Of a DNA stretch of 44,536 bases, positions 38,061 through 44,536 are shown one piece after another (within the stretch, counting starts at the first letter, position 1; every line of letters starts with the position of its first letter). The notes below the pieces were generated by a model. The model searched no databases, had not been told where the DNA came from, and saw nothing but the letters and a program-made list of their open reading frames with translations. The stretch spans positions 1 through 44,536 of the forward strand of contig UQXK01000011.1 in the NCBI GenBank assembly GCA_900544985.1. The letters run 5' to 3'. Both the position numbers and the translations under genes were made by a program. Source of the stretch: an uncultured Eubacteriales bacterium (GTDB taxonomy: Bacteria; Bacillota; Clostridia; Oscillospirales; CAG-272).

Positions 38061-38866
38061 TAAAACATATTATCGATAATGATATCCGCTCTTCGCATAA
38101 GATCGACATTGAATGTCGTTTCCATGCCTTTGTCATCGTGTATGGGATGACAGTCTTTTCCGTATTGCCAGATCGCTATATCGTTTCTTGTGATACCGGA
38201 GGGCGCAAAAGGAATCCAGTTATCGGGATGAATAAGGTGCGTTGTCGTTACTCGTTCGTACTCCGAAAGGCTCGGGGAGACTGTCCAGATAAGACATTTT
38301 GAGAATATCTCTCTATCGGTCTGCATTCCTCTGCTGTATTCGCGGTCAAAATCATATTTTGCATCTGTATTTACTTTAAATCCGGAAACATATCCTTCCG
38401 AAATCAATACTTCTGCAAAACCGCGCATACAGTCGGTCGTAAATTCTTCCTTTTCGCCTATCTCAAAGAAAATAGCGGTATCTTCCGGAATTTCAAGTTC
38501 AAATGCGGTGACAATGACCTTTTTGGCAATGAGCTTTCCCTGTTCCGCCGTCTTCTTTTCTCCTGCATCACTGTAAATCGCAGCGATTTTGCAGCCTTTA
38601 TCATGAAGAAAATCAATTTCTTTTTTTGTAAGACAGTTTTCGCCTACAATATTTCTTCCCCAGAAATTGGGATAAAGCTTGTTGCGCACGACCCATTCAA
38701 ATTCATTTATATTGTTTTGGAGAAGATCATCCGCCGGGATTCTGGAATCCACACCGAACAAAAGTCTGTCAATTTTCGAAACAACTTTTTTCTCTGTTGT
38801 CGCAGGCTGAACATTGTCAGCCATATTGTTTATATTTTTTATTTTCAGTGCATTTTTGCATGCCAT
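38060..38866 (-). CDS. putative DUF1906-like (glycoside-hydrolase-like TIM-barrel) protein, translationally coupled to the RHS gene
   Basis: TAATG stop/start overlap with the RHS gene. Weak pattern resemblance to the DUF1906/Rv2525c-like family (FGVDSRIPADDL...NFWGRNI...LTKKEIDFLHDKGCKIAAIY). Confidence 0.35.
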   Translation of the reverse strand: MACKNALKIKNINNMADNVQPATTEKKVVSKIDRLLFGVDSRIPADDLLQNNINEFEWVVRNKLYPNFWGRNIVGENCLTKKEIDFLHDKGCKIAAIYSDAGEKKTAEQGKLIAKKVIVTAFELEIPEDTAIFFEIGEKEEFTTDCMRGFAEVLISEGYVSGFKVNTDAKYDFDREYSRGMQTDREIFSKCLIWTVSPSLSEYERVTTTHLIHPDNWIPFAPSGITRNDIAIWQYGKDCHPIHDDKGMETTFNVDLMRRADIIIDNMF

Positions 38867-38981
38867 TTTTAGTTACCTCTTTTCTTGAATTTTATTTTTA
38901 TTTTTTATTTTGCAGCTGCAAACATATTTTACTGCTTAATCGGGACAACTCTTGTCCTGATTAAATATGATTTTTTGTTTT

Positions 38982-39551
38982 TTATATCGCAACCTCGTAT
39001 TTTCTTTCGAAAAAGCGGTCGGATTTACTTTTGGATTTTCCTATACGGTTGAAAAATTCTTCTGTATCGGCTATATGCCCTTTCGAAACAAGAATCTCCG
39101 CAACTTCATATATAAGCTTCATCGCGTCCGCCTCATGACCTTTTAAATATTCAGTTTCAAGTTCATAATCCGCGCACCCGATATAATTGTTGCTGTCCAA
39201 AACCATTTCACAAAAACGGTCTTTGAACAATACCGTTCTTTTCGTATAAAGACATCCCGAAAATTGCAGACCTTTTACGCCGAATACATCGGCATCAAAG
39301 CAACTTTTTACCTTCAAAGTTTTCTCAATACTCTTATCGGGAAAATCGGTATTATGACTTTTTACCGTAGCTTCTGTTTTATCGCCTTTTTGACGTATGC
39401 GGTATGTAAATCCCTTGCGGTACATATCAAGATTTTCTGTGTCAAAGTAGTAATTCGTTTGAGAATACGAACGCTTGTCATTTCCCAACATTCCCAGAAT
39501 CGTTAAATACTCCTTAAAAGTAAGAAGTATCTTTTTTTCATATTCGATCAT
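38982..39551 (-). CDS. CYTH-domain (triphosphate tunnel metalloenzyme) protein
   Basis: N-terminal MIEYEKKILL is the ExExK motif. Size ~190 aa. Confidence 0.6.
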   Translation of the reverse strand: MIEYEKKILLTFKEYLTILGMLGNDKRSYSQTNYYFDTENLDMYRKGFTYRIRQKGDKTEATVKSHNTDFPDKSIEKTLKVKSCFDADVFGVKGLQFSGCLYTKRTVLFKDRFCEMVLDSNNYIGCADYELETEYLKGHEADAMKLIYEVAEILVSKGHIADTEEFFNRIGKSKSKSDRFFERKYEVAI

Positions 39552-39552
39552 C

Positions 39553-40920
39553 TCACGCGCTCCTTATTATCTTGCCTGACCCGTTTTTCGGGAGTTCTTC
39601 TACTATTTCAATACAGTCCGGAACCTGAAACGCAGGAAGATATTTAAGGCACATGCTCTTCACTTCTTTTACGGAAGAAAAATCTCCGCAGATCTTCATG
39701 CCGATTTTCATTGTCCGCTCGGTTTTTATGCCGTATGCGAATACTTCCTTTACACGAGGAGCGTTTTTGAGCGCCGCTTCGATTTCAGCTGGATAAATGT
39801 TCATTCCCGATCTTATTATCATATCGTCACTTCTTCCCTTGATCCGAATCAATCCGGAATCATTCATTAAAGCGATGTCCCCCGTACAGAGCCAACCGTC
39901 TTTCAAGACGGCTTTTGTTTTTTCATCGTCATTATAGTATCCGACCATGACATTAGGTCCCCTTACCCAAAGCACGCCTTCTTTTCCGTTTAAAACGGGA
40001 TTTCCGTTTTTATCCGCTAATTTCACGGAAACCGATTTTAGGGGAATGCCGACATATTCGGGAAATTCCGAAAACTTTTCCGGCGGAAGATACAAAACAC
40101 GCGGCGAAGCTTCCGTCAATCCGTAAATATGATATATCTTGCTGCCTTTAAACGCATCTTTTAAACGAAGACCTGTATCGCGGCTCATGCACTCTCCGCT
40201 TGCGCAAATATATTTAAGCGTTTCTGCCATATTGTTCCGATTATACGCCGACATCATTTCAAGAAGCGTCGGTGTTCCGCAAAAAGCAGTTATCTTATAT
40301 TCATGTATCATTTTCAGAATTTCGGGCGGGTTGAATTTTTCCGAATAGAAACGTATCTTTGTCCCTTTAATTAAGGAAACAAGAAATTCACCCGTTAAAA
40401 CCGCAGAATGATAAAGCGGTCTTGAAATCAATATACTGTCCGTCGTACCGATTCCAAAATAAGACGCGATATCGGAAACATTCGAAATAATATTTTCCTC
40501 GCTCAGCATAGCGCCTTTCGGTCTTCCCGTAGTCCCGGAAGTACACATTATAAGCGCGGGACGGGTAGCGGGAGTTTTATATTTACTGTCCGAAATTTTT
40601 CGTATGAGGAAATCATCTTTCTCGTCGGTAATAACTGCTTCGGGATCTACTGTTTCAATGATCTTGTTGCAGTGTATGGCACCGTAACGCATAGACAAAG
40701 GAATCGCCGTAACATCGGCGGCAAAACATCCGAGCAACGCCATCGCCGCCGCCATCTCGGATTTGCAAAGTATAGCGCAGCTTTTTATTCCTTCAAGTCT
40801 TTTTGAAAACAATTCCGCCCATACTGCAAGTTCCTCAAAAGAAAGTTCGGCATTTCCTTCACATACGATTTGATCATAATGACATAACATATTCTCTTTT
40901 ATGTAGTTCCAAAGTTTCAT
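39553..40920 (-). CDS. AMP-dependent synthetase/ligase (acyl-CoA or acyl-ACP ligase, ANL superfamily)
   Basis: TSGTTGRPKG P-loop motif. C-terminal GDIAL...GRSDDMI...GSGKI adenylation motifs. Confidence 0.8.
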   Translation of the reverse strand: MKLWNYIKENMLCHYDQIVCEGNAELSFEELAVWAELFSKRLEGIKSCAILCKSEMAAAMALLGCFAADVTAIPLSMRYGAIHCNKIIETVDPEAVITDEKDDFLIRKISDSKYKTPATRPALIMCTSGTTGRPKGAMLSEENIISNVSDIASYFGIGTTDSILISRPLYHSAVLTGEFLVSLIKGTKIRFYSEKFNPPEILKMIHEYKITAFCGTPTLLEMMSAYNRNNMAETLKYICASGECMSRDTGLRLKDAFKGSKIYHIYGLTEASPRVLYLPPEKFSEFPEYVGIPLKSVSVKLADKNGNPVLNGKEGVLWVRGPNVMVGYYNDDEKTKAVLKDGWLCTGDIALMNDSGLIRIKGRSDDMIIRSGMNIYPAEIEAALKNAPRVKEVFAYGIKTERTMKIGMKICGDFSSVKEVKSMCLKYLPAFQVPDCIEIVEELPKNGSGKIIRSA

Positions 40921-41924
40921 TTGTTTTTCCCTCCTGTCTTCTCTATAAGCTCACCGAGAAGACGCTTTTCATTTTCTTTTGATAAAAGCAAACTTTTCCC
41001 GATAATCGGCAATACGGAATCCCGCCTTTTTATACAGTGCGAAGCATATAGCATGCGCATATTATTCGCGTCACCGACCAATTTTCTGTATTTTTTACTG
41101 ATATCGGGATTTATATCAAAATTCTCCTCGATTCGTTCTGTTACTTCAAGCATCAGCTTTTTATGCTCCCAAAGTAATCGGAATACGCGGCGGTCGATCG
41201 ATTCATAAGGGATAGCCCCCGCAGAAAGTTTTTCAATGTATTTTTCTATGTAATCGTATACGGCAATTCCGTATACGATCCCTTCCCCATCCCACGGGTA
41301 TTTTTCTATCGTCGAATCAAGATATTCGGATATTTTTCCCATGGCTGTTTCGGGAGAAAACTCCGCCTTGTCCTTTTTGGGTTTAATCCCGTAGATTTTG
41401 CCGTATACTCCCTTTTCGAACATCGCTTTTCTCGCCTTTTCGAATGAAGACTTCGGAGTCCAGAATTTGTTGTATACCCAATTACTGTCATAAGCATACA
41501 TACAATATGTCTTGTCATCACGGTTGTATCCGCATATCATACCGTCATGGCTGAAATGACGCTCTTTATACCACGTCTTTCCTTCTATGTAATAATCATC
41601 AACATCGACAAAATAAACATAATATCCCGCGTCCAGTAAATTATGAATAAGAGGATTTACGTACCCGCCGAGAAATTCCATGCCGTAAAAATTCTTATCC
41701 AAATAAGGATTTAATTTCCAATGTGAATTCACGATATCAAGCTCCGGACTCGAAAATCCCGATAGAAATCTCCTGCTGCAATAAGGTATTATCGTTTGAT
41801 TCAAATACCAATTTTTTATGGAAGGATTATCACAAATCACAGCCGAACCAACGCCTTGGACCTGATATGTACCATATATAGGCGATACCAAAGGAAGCTC
41901 AACCGACTTTTTCATAGTTATCAC
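40917..41924 (-). CDS. hypothetical protein (335 aa); possibly a papain-fold acyl-ACP-dependent acyltransferase (BtrH-like) - speculative
   Basis: Overlapping stop/start with the ACP and ligase genes. No motif could be confirmed by eye. Confidence 0.4.
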   Translation of the reverse strand: MITMKKSVELPLVSPIYGTYQVQGVGSAVICDNPSIKNWYLNQTIIPYCSRRFLSGFSSPELDIVNSHWKLNPYLDKNFYGMEFLGGYVNPLIHNLLDAGYYVYFVDVDDYYIEGKTWYKERHFSHDGMICGYNRDDKTYCMYAYDSNWVYNKFWTPKSSFEKARKAMFEKGVYGKIYGIKPKKDKAEFSPETAMGKISEYLDSTIEKYPWDGEGIVYGIAVYDYIEKYIEKLSAGAIPYESIDRRVFRLLWEHKKLMLEVTERIEENFDINPDISKKYRKLVGDANNMRMLYASHCIKRRDSVLPIIGKSLLLSKENEKRLLGELIEKTGGKNK

Positions 41925-42153
41925 CCGTATACTTTCTTACAAGTTCAACGACATCTCCGACGGTTATCAGATCAAAAGGATTCAAATCAGATTCGTTTAA
42001 TTCTATCTTGAATTCGCTTTCAATATCCAAAAGTAAATTGACCAGAGCAAGGCTGTCAAGCGCAAGATCATTCTCCAAGCTATCCTCCGATGACACCTCG
42101 GCTTCCCCGCTCATACTTTTTAATATTTCCGCAACTTTTTCAAATACTGCCAT
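41899..42153 (-). CDS. acyl carrier protein (stand-alone, pathway-dedicated)
   Basis: DLALDSLALVNLLLDIESEF carries the phosphopantetheine-attachment DSL motif. 84 aa, acidic. Confidence 0.8.
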   Translation of the reverse strand: MAVFEKVAEILKSMSGEAEVSSEDSLENDLALDSLALVNLLLDIESEFKIELNESDLNPFDLITVGDVVELVRKYTGDNYEKVG

Positions 42154-42781
42154 TTTTCATCCTTTCTATTTCCCTTTTTACAATTTCATAACTCTCTTCT
42201 TCGGGACACTCTGTTGAAATAAGAACACCGTTATTCGCATTGCAGATATCTATATACTCATTTCTGAGTTTGTACTGCAAATCCATATCGATATAGCGGT
42301 CCTTTTCGCCGGAACGGGCGCGAACGCGTTCGACGGCTTTTTCCACAGAAACATCAAAAAAGAACGCTATATCAGGCTTTATAACCGACTTGGCTATCTC
42401 ATATATCCATTCATCGTTCTTAAAACCTCTGGCGCGAAGATTTGCAAGACAAGAATAAAAATACCTGTCGCTTAGTACGATCCTGCCTTCATTCATTGCA
42501 GGCTCGATTACTTTATTTACATGTTGCAGACGGTCGCTCGCCGCAAGAAGAGAGAGACTTCTGTAATCAAAATCATCATGGCAAGGAGAATCCATATAAT
42601 TCCTGAAAATTTTAGATTCACGCACGTAATTTGTGGGCTGCTTTGTAAGAAAAAGTTCGTTGTCCGTTTTCAGGTCCGAAAAAATACGATTAAGCATCGT
42701 TGTTTTTCCGCATCCGTCAAGTCCGCAGACCGTTATTAAAAATCCGCGTGTTTTATTTTCACGCATATCGAGTTTTCTCAT
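42140..42781 (-). CDS. thymidylate-kinase-family P-loop (deoxy)nucleotide kinase
   Basis: GLDGCGKTT P-loop and LSDRYFYS (DRY motif), as in dTMP kinase. Confidence 0.65.
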   Translation of the reverse strand: MRKLDMRENKTRGFLITVCGLDGCGKTTMLNRIFSDLKTDNELFLTKQPTNYVRESKIFRNYMDSPCHDDFDYRSLSLLAASDRLQHVNKVIEPAMNEGRIVLSDRYFYSCLANLRARGFKNDEWIYEIAKSVIKPDIAFFFDVSVEKAVERVRARSGEKDRYIDMDLQYKLRNEYIDICNANNGVLISTECPEEESYEIVKREIERMKNGSI

Positions 42782-43848
42782 GTTTTCTTCACCTCCGTTA
42801 AATCTCTTTTTCTGTCCTCCATAAAAAAGCGCTTTGTAATATCATCTGTTTTATAAAGAAAGACTTTTTTGTCTTTCGGCGAAATAACTCTTCTCAGAAA
42901 GTTTTTGTCATCTTCTAAAACTTTTTTCGATTCTTCTGCGATCTTCGAATCAAAAATATCAAACAGCTCCGCCGTTTCATATATAGCGTAAGCACAGATT
43001 TTTTCCATTCCCAATTCTTTTGCTCTTTTTTGCAAAGTCTTAAATTCAAAATCGGTCATTCCACTCAGAAGAAGATAAATATCGCAATATTTGTAAAGAG
43101 TCATATCGCGTCGCATTTCGATCCACGGGAGAGTTGTCGCCTCTTTATACAAATGCGAGCAAAGATGAATAAAAAAATCCGTCTTATCGAGAGTGGGAAT
43201 TTTCATTTTCCCGACTTTTGTAAAAGATGATCTTTCCAGCATAGATGACAATATATCAGTATTTCCGTTTTTATAATCCAGCGAAAAATTTATATCAACC
43301 TCCAAAAATCTCATATGAGGAAGATTCACTTCTTTAATGTACGGCACTGTTTCCCCGCGCATCATTTTTGATTCAATTATCTCTTTGCGTGCAGCAGGAA
43401 CAAATTCTCCGTTTCTGATATTTCCTTGCCTGAATCCTGATTTCAGAAGAATATCTGCTATTTTGCCGATATCCTCCGGCATTACAAGTAAATCGATATC
43501 ATTCGATGTACGGTACCCCTCCGGATAATAGGCGCACAAAAACGCGCCTTTAAGCATCACCGCCTTACAATCAAGGAGAATATCCGAAAGAAATTTCACA
43601 CATTTAAAAAAGCTCTTGTTTTTCTCTTGATTATATTCATAAGCGGATTGCAAAGAGCTTTTAAATTCGCGGTTTACTTTTCCGAGCAAACCGTGCTTTT
43701 TTAACGTTCCGTATGCTATTCCCTGCATTCGATTGAAAAATATCTGTCCGAGTACATTGGCGTTAGCATACGGTATCAACGATTCGTCAAAATCATTATT
43801 TTGAAATTTACATAACTCTTTAAATAACAATTTTTCTTTTTGTTTCAT
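42778..43848 (-). CDS. Pol-beta-superfamily nucleotidyltransferase (uncharacterised NTP_transf_5-like family)
   Basis: GYRTSNDIDLLV is a [GS]...DxD NTase motif. ~356 aa. Confidence 0.5.
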   Translation of the reverse strand: MKQKEKLLFKELCKFQNNDFDESLIPYANANVLGQIFFNRMQGIAYGTLKKHGLLGKVNREFKSSLQSAYEYNQEKNKSFFKCVKFLSDILLDCKAVMLKGAFLCAYYPEGYRTSNDIDLLVMPEDIGKIADILLKSGFRQGNIRNGEFVPAARKEIIESKMMRGETVPYIKEVNLPHMRFLEVDINFSLDYKNGNTDILSSMLERSSFTKVGKMKIPTLDKTDFFIHLCSHLYKEATTLPWIEMRRDMTLYKYCDIYLLLSGMTDFEFKTLQKRAKELGMEKICAYAIYETAELFDIFDSKIAEESKKVLEDDKNFLRRVISPKDKKVFLYKTDDITKRFFMEDRKRDLTEVKKT

Positions 43849-43851
43849 ATA

Positions 43852-44220
43852 TTATTTTCCTTTCTTAAATATAGGTTTTGAATAAAGTGAGATAATAGAG
43901 GCAAGCGTATTTTTCTCATCATGTGTCAGTATTGAATCATCTCTGTCAGCTGCAACAAATAATTTTTTCAGTACGTTCAATTCCCGATCGCTCATATACA
44001 TTCGCTCCATATGATAATCTTCCATAACATATACACCGCCGTAATATCTTCCCGTTTGTGTATATATAGGTTCGGAAATACTTATCGCCTCTATATCTCT
44101 TCTGATAGTTCTTTCGGAAACGCCGAATTCAAAAGCCAGATTTTGTATCGTCTCATATCTGCGAGAACATAATAATTTCAATATCCCGCTTCGTCTTTCG
44201 GCAGTTCCCATTTTGCTCAC
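43852..44220 (-). CDS. small HTH-domain protein, first gene of the operon of seven genes that ends with the CYTH gene (paralog of 29357-29698)
   Basis: MGTAERRSGILKLLCSRRYETIQNLAFEFGVSERTIRRDI. Its stop is 3 nt from the NTase start. Confidence 0.6.
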   Translation of the reverse strand: MSKMGTAERRSGILKLLCSRRYETIQNLAFEFGVSERTIRRDIEAISISEPIYTQTGRYYGGVYVMEDYHMERMYMSDRELNVLKKLFVAADRDDSILTHDEKNTLASIISLYSKPIFKKGK

Positions 44221-44295
44221 CTCCTTTCTGACAAAATTTTACCGCTTAACCAGGACAGATAAAGTCCGGGTTAAAAAATAAAAATCCGCAAAAAA

Positions 44296-44374
44296 GAAAA
44301 ATCCCGCGGATATCACCGAATCACCGCGGGAAATCGTATCAGAAAATAAAAAAGAGTTCCTGAATGGAACTCTT
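44296..44374 (-). terminator. two tandem hairpin terminators (minus-strand orientation) downstream of a partial gene at the window end
   Basis: agagttcctgaatggaactct and tcccgcgg...ccgcggga stems, each followed by T-runs on the minus strand. Confidence 0.5.
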
Positions 44375-44456
44375 AATAGGGATTTTTTTATATTGATTAT
44401 CAATCAAAACTTTTGCGACAAAGACTATATTTAATTTTCTATTGAAGTAAACTTTT

Positions 44457-44536
44457 AGATTATTTTATCTTTGCGACGATAAATAATATCGCCATTGGCA
44501 TTTATATATCCGTCCGCATTTATAAATCTTCCCATT
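44457..44536 (-). CDS. 3' end of an unidentified gene (partial)
   Basis: Open frame ...GRFINADGYINANGDIIYRRKDKII* running in from the window edge. Confidence 0.3.

Noticed and set aside
1-44536. tRNA/rRNA genes
   Set aside because: I found no stretch with canonical tRNA T-loop (GGTTCGAATCC-like) or acceptor features, and no rRNA-like conserved blocks.

Overview
This 44.5-kb window is low-GC and Firmicutes/Clostridia-like. Positions ~1-18,900 carry mostly core housekeeping genes: mnmA (partial), a holB-ricT pair, a LUD-domain gene, glnS, gltX, an MBL hydrolase, a TagA-like glycosyltransferase, thyX, a GNAT, a degenerate PfkB-like gene, ruvX and glyQS. An XRE regulator follows, then a divergent GH4 glycosidase/AraC sugar locus. 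From ~19,000 onward the region is accessory.

The first accessory element (19040-25303, minus strand) is a tightly coupled six-gene operon. It encodes an SPFH/band-7 protein with multiple Zn-ribbons, a small Zn-ribbon protein, a 4-TM membrane protein, a Zn-ribbon-TIR protein with a C-terminal 3-TM anchor, a Zn-ribbon-flanked trypsin-like serine protease, and a hypothetical protein. Immediately upstream lies a ~245-bp segment bounded by perfect 25-bp inverted repeats. The segment contains a consensus sigma-70 promoter, currently pointing away from the operon, and two opposed terminators. A small tyrosine recombinase gene sits next to it. The simplest reading is a phase-variable invertible promoter switch controlling a putative TIR/protease/SPFH membrane system that has not been described. 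I take this to be the candidate novel system in the window.

Downstream of the switch are an XRE regulator, an ECF sigma factor, an anti-sigma factor and a secreted Cys-rich protein. Next come a solitary HTH gene, a Com-like Zn-finger gene and an ImmR/ImmA pair.

The largest accessory element is a 1907-aa RHS/YD-repeat polymorphic toxin. It has N-terminal Big_2 domains, no signal peptide, and a glycine-zipper C-terminal domain after the DPFGL motif. A multi-TM putative immunity gene lies immediately downstream. Upstream, the RHS gene is translationally coupled to a putative DUF1906-like gene. Upstream of that is a seven-gene operon, ending (windowward) in a CYTH gene, about 115 bp upstream of the DUF1906-like gene: an HTH gene paralogous to the solitary one, a nucleotidyltransferase, a thymidylate-kinase-like P-loop kinase, a dedicated ACP, a hypothetical protein, an acyl-AMP ligase and a CYTH protein. 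Its function is unknown.

I found no tRNA, rRNA or CRISPR array.
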